The translations under genes were made by a program, and so were the position numbers. From positions 864,001 to 928,000 of the forward strand of contig CAVSCK010000004.1 in NCBI GenBank assembly GCA_963726455.1: a stretch of DNA of 64,000 nt, in the 5' to 3' direction. The notes beneath the pieces were generated by a model. It was given only the letters and a program-made list of their open reading frames with translations, did no database searches and had not been told where the DNA came from. Shown piece after piece: positions 51,189 to 64,000 of this stretch (position 1 is its first letter; the number at the start of each line of letters is the position of its first letter). This stretch comes from an uncultured bacterium (GTDB lineage Bacteria > Zixibacteria > MSB-5A5 > CAIYYT01).

Positions 51189-54100
51189 GCGTTTTCTTGT
51201 ATAATTTCCGCTTCCTCAGGCGTACTCTTGGCTCCCGGCTTCTCCACATCCAACTCGATCGAACGGTAGTGCTTCATCCCGGTTCCGGCCGGAATCAAAT
51301 GTCCGATAATGACATTCTCCTTCAGACCCTGCAACTTGTCCTCTTTCCCAGCTACTGCCGCTTCGGTCAGGACCTTGGTGGTTTCCTGGAAAGAAGCCGC
51401 TGAGAAGAAGCTTTCCGTCGACAACGATGCGCGCGTAATACCCAGCAACAAGTCGCGGGAAGTCGCCGGCTCACCGCCTTCAGCCATGACACGCTCGTTA
51501 TCCTCACGGAAGCGGTTCTTGTCAACCTTCTCTCCCTCAAGGAAGTTCGTGTCACCAACTTCTTCGACCTGAACCTTCTGCAACATCTGGCGGACGATCA
51601 CTTCAAAATGCTTGTCGTTGATCTTCACGCCCTGCAGACGATAGACTTCCTGGACTTCGTTCACCAGGTATTCCTGCACCTTGTTCGTACCCAGAATACG
51701 CAACATGTCGTGCGGGTCGATTGCACCCTCGCAAAGACGATCACCGGCGCTGACACGGTCACCCGTATGTACGCGCATGTGCTTGCCGTGCGGGACGAGA
51801 TACTCGGTCACGTCACCCTCGGCCGTCTTCACGAATATTTGCGTGTTACCGCGAATGATCTTGCCGTATTCGACAGCGCCGTCGATATCGGATATCACGG
51901 CGGGATCGCGTGGCTTGCGAACTTCGAACAGCTCCGCCACTCGTGGCAGACCTCCCGTGATGTCGCGCGTTTTGGAGATATCGCGCGGAATCTTGGCGAC
52001 AGCCGCACCCGCGGCAACTTCGTCACCATTGCGAACCTCAAGATACGCGCCGGTGGGAATCGAATACGAGGCGCGCTTCTTGCCGGTCTTGTCGATCACA
52101 TTGATCTGCGGCAACAACGTCTTTTCGCGCTGTTCGATAATCCAAACCTGCATCAGGCCTGTAATTTCGTCCAGCTCTTCGCGCATCGACACGCCTTCAA
52201 CAATATCCTGATACTGCACTGTACCGGAGACTTCCGTGAGAATCTCGTTGGTGTACGGTTCCCACTCAAAGATCACTGTGCCCTTTTCGGCATCATCCGG
52301 TGAAGACTGCGGGTCGACCTTATATACTTGGTCACCATCGCTAACTCTCACTACGGCGGCATACGGAATCTTATAAGTGGCTCGCGTGCGGTTCAACGCA
52401 TCGAACACCTTCACTTCACCATCGCGGCTGACCGCGACTACGTTCCCGTCGCCACGAACGATCGTTCGTATGTTGTGGAATTCCACGTGGCCGTCGGCCC
52501 GTGCGCGCACCTGCGACGATTCGGTAATACGCGCCGCCGTACCACCGATGTGGAAGGTTCGCAGTGTAAGCTGCGTGCCCGGCTCGCCAATTGACTGTGC
52601 CGCCACAACGCCCACTGCTTCGCCCAGTTGCACCATTCTGTTGGTGGCAAGATTTCTTCCGTAGCAAGCGGCGCAAACGCCGCGTCTGGATTCGCAGGTC
52701 AACACCGAACGGATGTATACCGTTTCGATGCCGGCCTCCTCCACGGCTCTGGCCGAATCTTCATCTATTTCCCGACCCGCTTCGACCAGAATCTTGTCCG
52801 GTTGAATTGGATCAAACACATCTTCGAGCGTGACACGACCGACAATACGATCTTGCAGCGACTCAATGACTTCTTCGCCGTCTTTCAATGCGGAAATGCG
52901 CAGGCCCAACACCGTGCCGCAATCGGGCTCGGTGATAATGACATCTTGCGCCACGTCGACGAGTCGGCGCGTCAGGTAACCGGCGTCTGCCGTTTTCAGT
53001 GCCGTGTCCGCCAGACCTTTGCGCGCGCCGTGCGTACTGATGAAGTACTCCAGCACGTTCAGTCCTTCGCGGAAATTAGCGATAATCGGAGACTCGATAA
53101 TTTCACCGACCTGACCGGTGATACGCTTTTGCGGTTTGGCCATCAGTCCGCGCATGCCGGCCAACTGGCGAATCTGATCTTTCGAGGATCGCGCGCCCGA
53201 GTCGGCCATCATGAACACCGGATTGAAACCATCTTTTTCCTTGGCCATGCCCTTGAACATTTCCTCGGCGACTTCCGAAGTCGTGCGCGTCCAGGTGTCG
53301 ATTACCTTGTTGTAACGTTCACCGTTGGTGATAACACCCTGCTCGTACGCCTTCTGAATGTCCGCAACTTCCTTGGTTGCCTGCGTAATGAGACCTTTTT
53401 TGCTGGCGGGAATCGACAGGTCGTCGATACTCACCGTCACGCCGGCCAAAGTTGCATATTCAAAACCGATGTTTTTCAGTTTGTCGAGGAAATCGGCCGT
53501 GCGCACATTGCCCAATTGGCCATGGGCCTGCAGAATCAGTTCCTCAAGATTCTTTCGCGTAGCTGCCTTGTTGAAGAACTCCAATTCATCGGGGAAGATT
53601 TCATGAAAGAGAATTCGTCCCAACGTGGTCTCCAACAGAGAAGCTTTGTATTCAACTTTGACCAGGGCATGCAGTCCGACTTGCCCGGACGCATAGGCAA
53701 ACAACGCCTCATCCAACGACGAAAAGATCATCCCGTGGCCTTTGTCATTCGGTTTGGCTTTCGTCAGATAGTGACAGCCGATAACGATATCCTGTGACGG
53801 AGTCGCTACGGGTCGGCCGCTTGACGGAAGCAATATGTTGTTTACCGACAGCATCAGAATACGTGCTTCGAGCTGTGCTTCAAACGACAGCGGCACATGC
53901 ACCGCCATCTGGTCACCGTCAAAGTCAGCGTTGAACGCCGCGCAGACCAGCGGATGCAGACGGATGGCTTTGCCTTCCACGAGCACCGGATAGAATGCCT
54001 GAATACCCAGACGATGCAAAGTCGGTGCGCGGTTCAACAGCACCGGATGGTCGGCGATAATCTCTTCGAGAATATCCCATACTTCCGGACGTTCGCGCTC

Positions 54101-55294
54101 GACCAACTTCTTGGCGCTTTTTACGGTCTGCACATAGCCCTTTTCTTCGAGCTTCATAATGATGAAGGGCTTGAACAGTTCCAGCGCCATGGTCTTGGGC
54201 AGGCCGCACTGGTGCAAATGCAATTCCGGTCCAACGACGATTACCGAACGACCAGAGTAGTCGACGCGCTTACCAAGCAGGTTCTGGCGGAAACGACCCT
54301 GTTTGCCCTTGAGCAAATCCGAAAGCGACTTCAGCGGCCGCTTGGAATCACCGCGCACTGAGTTGGTGCGACGGCCGTTATCAAAGAGCGCATCCACCGC
54401 TTCCTGCAACATGCGCTTTTCGTTGCGCAGAATGACTTCAGGGGCGCGAATGTCGATCAGCTTTTTCAGCCGGTTGTTGCGATTGATTACGCGCCGATAA
54501 AGGTCGTTCAAGTCGGAAGTCGCAAACCGACCGCCTTCCAACGGCACCAACGGCCGCAGGTCGGGCGGAATAACCGGTATGCGCGACATGATCATCCATT
54601 CCGGATGATTATTGGACTGGCGGAACGCCTCGATCACACGCAGGCGTTTCAATGTGTCTTTCTTTCTCTGAGCCGAAGTCTCAACCTTGACCTGGGCGCG
54701 TAGCGAGATCGACAGCTCTTCGATGTCAACCCTCTTCAAAAGCATCTGAATGGCTTCGGCGCCCATCTTGGCTTCGAACTGCTTGCCGGACGAATCGAGC
54801 TCGGCAAACTCCTCTTCGGTAATGATGTCCTTCTCTTTGTATGATGTATTGCCCGGATCAACCATGATGTAGTTTTCATAGTAGAGGATGCGTTCGAGAT
54901 CGCGGACGGACAAATCGAGAAGGTAGCCGATGCGGGACGGCAATGACTTGAAATACCAAATATGTGAAACCGGTACGGCCAGATCGATGTGACCCATGCG
55001 TTCACGGCGAACCTTGGCTTGCGTAACTTCCACACCGCAACGATCGCAGACGATGCCACGGAAGCGGATGCGCTTGTACTTGCCGCACGAGCACTCCCAA
55101 TCCTTCACGGGACCAAATATGCGTTCGCAGAACAGGCCGTCACGTTCCGGCTTGAATGATCTGTAATTTATCGTCTCCGGCTTGGTAACCTCACCATATG
55201 ACCAGGAGAGGATGACCTCCGGCGAAGCCAGCTGTATTTTTATTGCGCTGAAGTCCGAGGGTCGCTTCTGAATCTTCGCGGAAAAATCGACCAC
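51185..55294 (-). CDS. rpoC: RNA polymerase beta' subunit
   Basis: [28 protein letters not shown] and Zn fingers. Confidence 0.99.
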   Translation of the reverse strand: MVDFSAKIQKRPSDFSAIKIQLASPEVILSWSYGEVTKPETINYRSFKPERDGLFCERIFGPVKDWECSCGKYKRIRFRGIVCDRCGVEVTQAKVRRERMGHIDLAVPVSHIWYFKSLPSRIGYLLDLSVRDLERILYYENYIMVDPGNTSYKEKDIITEEEFAELDSSGKQFEAKMGAEAIQMLLKRVDIEELSISLRAQVKVETSAQRKKDTLKRLRVIEAFRQSNNHPEWMIMSRIPVIPPDLRPLVPLEGGRFATSDLNDLYRRVINRNNRLKKLIDIRAPEVILRNEKRMLQEAVDALFDNGRRTNSVRGDSKRPLKSLSDLLKGKQGRFRQNLLGKRVDYSGRSVIVVGPELHLHQCGLPKTMALELFKPFIIMKLEEKGYVQTVKSAKKLVERERPEVWDILEEIIADHPVLLNRAPTLHRLGIQAFYPVLVEGKAIRLHPLVCAAFNADFDGDQMAVHVPLSFEAQLEARILMLSVNNILLPSSGRPVATPSQDIVIGCHYLTKAKPNDKGHGMIFSSLDEALFAYASGQVGLHALVKVEYKASLLETTLGRILFHEIFPDELEFFNKAATRKNLEELILQAHGQLGNVRTADFLDKLKNIGFEYATLAGVTVSIDDLSIPASKKGLITQATKEVADIQKAYEQGVITNGERYNKVIDTWTRTTSEVAEEMFKGMAKEKDGFNPVFMMADSGARSSKDQIRQLAGMRGLMAKPQKRITGQVGEIIESPIIANFREGLNVLEYFISTHGARKGLADTALKTADAGYLTRRLVDVAQDVIITEPDCGTVLGLRISALKDGEEVIESLQDRIVGRVTLEDVFDPIQPDKILVEAGREIDEDSARAVEEAGIETVYIRSVLTCESRRGVCAACYGRNLATNRMVQLGEAVGVVAAQSIGEPGTQLTLRTFHIGGTAARITESSQVRARADGHVEFHNIRTIVRGDGNVVAVSRDGEVKVFDALNRTRATYKIPYAAVVRVSDGDQVYKVDPQSSPDDAEKGTVIFEWEPYTNEILTEVSGTVQYQDIVEGVSMREELDEITGLMQVWIIEQREKTLLPQINVIDKTGKKRASYSIPTGAYLEVRNGDEVAAGAAVAKIPRDISKTRDITGGLPRVAELFEVRKPRDPAVISDIDGAVEYGKIIRGNTQIFVKTAEGDVTEYLVPHGKHMRVHTGDRVSAGDRLCEGAIDPHDMLRILGTNKVQEYLVNEVQEVYRLQGVKINDKHFEVIVRQMLQKVQVEEVGDTNFLEGEKVDKNRFREDNERVMAEGGEPATSRDLLLGITRASLSTESFFSAASFQETTKVLTEAAVAGKEDKLQGLKENVIIGHLIPAGTGMKHYRSIELDVEKPGAKSTPEEAEIIQENA

Positions 55295-55330
55295 TGGGAT
55301 ACCTCCTTCACCTCTGCTTGGGTTTCCCGA

Positions 55331-59132
<3,802 letters not shown>

Positions 59133-59226
59133 GAGATCACTCTCCTTTAAGAATAGACTTTGTCACTTTGACAGCTTTCTTCCCGGAAAGGTACTATGCC
59201 CCCACCGATCGATGAAAACCTTCCAC

Positions 59227-59309
59227 AAAAAAGAAAAAACATCCTAAATTCGATAACGTTCCCGTAAATTTAGGACAAAGAAGACCCGATCCCTTGTGAG
59301 ACCGGGTCT
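59227..59309 (-). terminator. Two tandem hairpins between rplL and rpoB (attenuator/terminator)
   Basis: AGACCCG..CGGGTCT (59282-59309) and TCCTAAATT..AATTTAGGA (59242-59275), followed by a T-rich tract. Confidence 0.6.
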
Positions 59310-59322
59310 GTAAACACAAAAA

Positions 59323-59706
59323 CTACTTAATGTCAATCTGAGCGCCGACTTCTTCCAACTTCGCCTTCATCGACAGGGCCTCATCCTTCGAGACACCTTC
59401 TTTGACTGGATTCGGGCACTTATCCACTAAGTCTTTGGCTTCCTTCAGGCCGAGCCCGGTCAGCTCGCGGACTACTTTGATGACCTGAATCTTCTTGTCG
59501 CCGGCAGAGTTCAACATTACGTTGAATTCCGTCTGCTCGACAGCCGCTTCCGCGCCACCCGCGGCAACGCCCTGCATTGGGCCTGCCATCATCGGCATGG
59601 CGGCGCTGACTCCGAACTTCTCCTGCAGGGCAGAAGACAGATCGGCCAACTCCATCACGGTCAATCCCGCTATCTCGTCAACGAGCTTCACTACTTTGTC
59701 TGACAC
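59323..59706 (-). CDS. rplL: 50S ribosomal protein L7/L12
   Basis: [17 protein letters not shown] and LGLKEAK; GTG start after AAGGAG. Confidence 0.97.
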   Translation of the reverse strand: MSDKVVKLVDEIAGLTVMELADLSSALQEKFGVSAAMPMMAGPMQGVAAGGAEAAVEQTEFNVMLNSAGDKKIQVIKVVRELTGLGLKEAKDLVDKCPNPVKEGVSKDEALSMKAKLEEVGAQIDIK

Positions 59707-59813
59707 GTCGAAATCTCCTTGCTTCAATTCTGCTTGCCTCTGGTCTCAAAACCTGCCGCGAGTGCGTATGAACGGCCGGCCACCTTCACGGTGCTGATCA
59801 AACCGATGGGCAA

Positions 59814-60338
59814 TTATTGTGACTTACTTTGCTTCTCTTTCAGCGCTTCGACCGTTCCAATGAAATCGCGTGTCACGGCGTTCAGCGTAGCCACGAAATT
59901 CTGTAGCGGCGCCGTAATGTTGCCGACTACCATGGCGATTAATTGCTCCCGGCCCGGCAGCTTCGCAATACGCTCGGCTTCCACGCCTGAATAGTGACGG
60001 CCTTCGACAAAGATTGCCTTTATCTTCGGCTTCTCATTGGTCTTGCCAAAATCGAAAAGGACCTTGGCCATCGGCCCCGGATCTTCCGTGCCAAATGCGA
60101 TGGCCGTCGGACCGGTCAGATAGCTGTCGATCTCATTGTAACCCGCCTCGTGAGCGGCGATCTTCAGCAATGTGTTCTTGGCGACTAGATATCCGACGCT
60201 TTTCTGTCGAAGCTCCTTACGCAGAAGCGTTGCCTTCTCGACGGTCAGACCGGAATAGTCTGTCACAGCGATTGAGGCAGCGTGTCGAAACTTCTCGGTA
60301 AGCGCGGCTACCTGGTCTACTTTCTGTTGATTTGCCAT
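59814..60338 (-). CDS. rplJ: 50S ribosomal protein L10
   Basis: DYSGLTV, KNTLL and GPTAIAF. Confidence 0.97.
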   Translation of the reverse strand: MANQQKVDQVAALTEKFRHAASIAVTDYSGLTVEKATLLRKELRQKSVGYLVAKNTLLKIAAHEAGYNEIDSYLTGPTAIAFGTEDPGPMAKVLFDFGKTNEKPKIKAIFVEGRHYSGVEAERIAKLPGREQLIAMVVGNITAPLQNFVATLNAVTRDFIGTVEALKEKQSKSQ

Positions 60339-60360
60339 TTATTATTAACTCCCGTTTTCT

Positions 60361-61065
60361 TTACGCCTTCAGCCGCGCCAGCAGATCGTTCGGCGCGAGT
60401 TTGATACCCACTCCCATCGTCGAACTGATCCCTACGTTCTTCAAATATGTACCTTTGGCCGAGGACGGTCTGGCCTTCACGATGGCGTCCATAAACGTCA
60501 TCGCGTTCTGTACCAGTGCCTCCGCCGTGAATGAGACCTTGCCAATCGGCACGCCGATGTTGCCGGTCTTGTCAACGCGATATTCAATCTTGCCCGCCTT
60601 GATTTCGCGCACTGCTTTGCTGACATCGTTCGTCACAGTGCCTGCTTTCGGATTCGGCATCAGGCCGCGCGGACCCAGAAGCTTGCCCAACGGACCCAGC
60701 TTGCTCATCATGTCGGGGGTGGCCACGATCACGTCGATATCGGCCCAACCGGCCTTCAATTTCTCAAGATACTCTTCATTGCCGACATGGTCGGCGCCGG
60801 CGTCACGAGCTTCCTGTTCCTTCTCGCCCTTGGTAATAACGAGAATCCGAACTTTCTTGCCCGTTCCGTTCGGCAGCGCCACCGTGCCGCGCACCATCTG
60901 ATCGGCCTGCTTGGGATCCACGCCGAGACGAACAGACATCTCAACCGTCTCGTCAAACTTGGCAAAGGCGGTTTCCTTCACCTTGGCCACCGCTTCCTCT
61001 ATATTAAAGGAAGTGGCGGTGCCGATCTTCTCTTTAGCCGCTTTATATTTCTTGCCGACTGCCAT
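60361..61065 (-). CDS. rplA: 50S ribosomal protein L1
   Basis: [18 protein letters not shown] and STMG. Confidence 0.98.
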   Translation of the reverse strand: MAVGKKYKAAKEKIGTATSFNIEEAVAKVKETAFAKFDETVEMSVRLGVDPKQADQMVRGTVALPNGTGKKVRILVITKGEKEQEARDAGADHVGNEEYLEKLKAGWADIDVIVATPDMMSKLGPLGKLLGPRGLMPNPKAGTVTNDVSKAVREIKAGKIEYRVDKTGNIGVPIGKVSFTAEALVQNAMTFMDAIVKARPSSAKGTYLKNVGISSTMGVGIKLAPNDLLARLKA

Positions 61066-61067
61066 AA

Positions 61068-61493
61068 TTAACCTTCTACCTCCAACCCCATGCTGCGTGC
61101 CGTGCCGGCTACCATGCTCATTGCCGTCTCCAGAGATGCGGCATTGAGATCCGCCATCTTCAGTTGGGCAATTTCGCGTACCTGCGCCGAGGTTACCTTG
61201 CCAACCTTGTTGCGATTCGGTTCGCCGGAACCCTTCGGCAGTTTGGATGCCCTGAGCAAAAGCACGGCTGCGGGCGGAGTCTTGGTTATGAATGTGAACG
61301 TCTTGTCCGCGAATACGGTGATTACTACGGGGATGACCAAACCTGACTGATCCTGAGTTCGAGCGTTGAACGCCTTGCAGAACTCCATAATATTGACACC
61401 CTTCTGGCCCAGAGCCGGGCCAACGGGCGGAGCAGGGGTGGCGCTTCCCGCGGGAATCTGCAGCTTGATATATCCTGTGATCTTCTTTGCCAC
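61068..61493 (-). CDS. rplK: 50S ribosomal protein L11
   Basis: [10 protein letters not shown] and GTARSMG. Confidence 0.98.
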   Translation of the reverse strand: MAKKITGYIKLQIPAGSATPAPPVGPALGQKGVNIMEFCKAFNARTQDQSGLVIPVVITVFADKTFTFITKTPPAAVLLLRASKLPKGSGEPNRNKVGKVTSAQVREIAQLKMADLNAASLETAMSMVAGTARSMGLEVEG

Positions 61494-61507
61494 TTTGCGA
61501 ATTCCTC

Positions 61508-62038
61508 CTAAACCGACTCTATCTGCAGAAAATCAAGCTCCACGGGTGTCGGACGCCCGAATATGGAAACCATCACTTTGACTTTCTTACGCTCGATATT
61601 TATTTCCGATACAAATCCCGTGAAATCGGCAAACGGTCCGTCAATCACTTTGACCTGATCACCGGCACGCCACGGTACTTCGTCGACTTCCACTTCCCGC
61701 TTGCTGTCCATCTTGCCGACCATCCGGTTGACCTCGTCTTCTTTGAGGGCGGTCGGCTTGCCGCTGGAACCGACGAAGTTGGTTATGCCGGGAGTGTTGA
61801 TGATCACTTGCTGGAGAACCTTGTCAAGTTCGACCTCGATCAAGAGATATGACGGCAGGAACTTCTTGGTAGTCGTCGCCCGCTTTCCCATCTTCATCTC
61901 GGTCACTTCCTCGGTCGGAATCAGAATCTGTCCGAACTTCTCGGTCAGACCCTCGGTGGCAATCGTCTTCTCCAGATGGCGTTTGGCCTTCTGTTCTTGC
62001 CCCGAATAAGTATGAACTGCGTACCACATTTTCGTCAT
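61508..62038 (-). CDS. nusG: Transcription termination/antitermination factor NusG
   Basis: [17 protein letters not shown] and [10 protein letters not shown]. Confidence 0.97.
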   Translation of the reverse strand: MTKMWYAVHTYSGQEQKAKRHLEKTIATEGLTEKFGQILIPTEEVTEMKMGKRATTTKKFLPSYLLIEVELDKVLQQVIINTPGITNFVGSSGKPTALKEDEVNRMVGKMDSKREVEVDEVPWRAGDQVKVIDGPFADFTGFVSEINIERKKVKVMVSIFGRPTPVELDFLQIESV

Positions 62039-62040
62039 GC

Positions 62041-62232
62041 TCAACCCAACAGCGCGTTTACTGCAAATGCCAGCAACCTGTCGACCCCGAAAACAAAGGC
62101 AGACAGAACTATTGAGGTAATGATGACCACAATCGTGGAACCACGCACCTCGTCTTTCGACGGCCAAGTCACTTTCTTCAATTCGACTACCGTCTCATCG
62201 AAGTAGGTAACGACTTTCTGTTTAACGCTCAT
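62041..62232 (-). CDS. secE: Preprotein translocase subunit SecE
   Basis: ELKKVTWP plus a single TM helix. Confidence 0.96.
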   Translation of the reverse strand: MSVKQKVVTYFDETVVELKKVTWPSKDEVRGSTIVVIITSIVLSAFVFGVDRLLAFAVNALLG

Positions 62233-62253
62233 ATTCCATCTTCACTTCGTCTA

Positions 62254-62329
62254 TGGCAGGCCAGGAGGGACTCGAACCCCCAACATCCGGTTTTGGAGAC
62301 CGGCGCTCTACCATTAGAGCTACTGGCCT
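62254..62329 (-). tRNA. tRNA-Trp(CCA)
   Basis: AGGCCAG acceptor stem, CCGGT-CTCCAAA-ACCGG anticodon arm and encoded CCA. Confidence 0.97.
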
Positions 62330-62442
62330 GTCCGGTTTCTTGCTGTCTTGGCAATGCCTCCAAATATTTTCATCAACTCGCTGCCGGGTAATTGTCGCGA
62401 CGGTCTATCGCCGTCCGACAATTGGCCGTGCAACTCCTTATA

Positions 62443-63651
<1,209 letters not shown>

Positions 63652-63709
63652 GGCAGTCTACCTACCTCCAAAACAGTGAATGCTCATTAAATTCTAATCA
63701 CCTATAAAC

Positions 63710-63782
63710 AGCCCACGACCAGGATCGAACTGGTGACCTCATCCTTACCAAGGATGTGCTCTACCAACTGAGCTACGTGGGC
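63710..63782 (-). tRNA. tRNA-Thr(GGT)
   Basis: GCCCACG acceptor stem, CATCC-TTGGTAA-GGATG anticodon arm and GTTCGAT T-loop. Confidence 0.96.
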
Positions 63783-63987
63783 AAAGGTCGCCGTGTCACT
63801 CCAAATTATTGTTGGATACAGTGTAACGGGAAAAACATAACCCGACACCCCTCCAAAATATAGAAAGCCAAAATAATTAACGTGATTCTGCTGTCAAGGA
63901 ATATTTTTTGCTAACTGACCGATTCGCCCCCGAATTATCCTGCCACCCTACCGGGCAACTGCCTCTCCCCGGATCCTCCCAAACCAA

Positions 63988-64000
63988 AGCGGGAGACGGG
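63988..64000 (-). tRNA. Probable 3' end of tRNA-Gly (truncated by window)
   Basis: CCCGTCTCCCGCT matches a tRNA-Gly 3' end; expected order Gly-Thr-tuf; only 13 nt visible. Confidence 0.45.

Noticed and set aside
62330-62442. Missing rpmG between tuf and tRNA-Trp; hairpin at 62390-62423
   Set aside because: tuf-tRNA-Trp-secE without rpmG is a known arrangement in FCB-group bacteria, and the hairpin is plausibly an ordinary processing or termination stem.

Overview
This is a bacterial chromosome segment, probably from an FCB-superphylum anaerobe such as candidate phylum Zixibacteria. That call is an inference from the Cys-containing C-terminal dockerin-like tags and the tuf-tRNA-Trp-secE order without rpmG. 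The window has three blocks. (1) 1-13.9 kb, all on the minus strand, is an acyl-CoA cluster. An archaeal-type HMG-CoA synthase/thiolase/DUF35 trio sits directly upstream of methylcrotonyl-CoA carboxylase and methylglutaconyl-CoA hydratase genes. These are followed by thiolase, hbd, two acyl-CoA dehydrogenases, ilvE, rpiB and dtd, with no HMG-CoA lyase in the cluster. (2) 14-28.6 kb is an accessory region. It holds a secreted fibre-like protein, three tandem FG-GAP/dockerin proteins, small stress-type genes separated by several families of REP-like palindromes, an unannotated 37-aa ORF, and a 0.7 kb one-gene islet inserted in tRNA-Pro(GGG). (3) 28.7-64 kb holds merR-like, gpsA and plsY genes and an uninterrupted tuf-secE-nusG-rplKAJL-rpoBC-str-S10-spc-alpha superoperon with two tuf copies. 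Five single-base-insertion frameshifts (including one in rpoB) probably reflect assembly error. All calls come from reading motifs by eye; no database searches were run.
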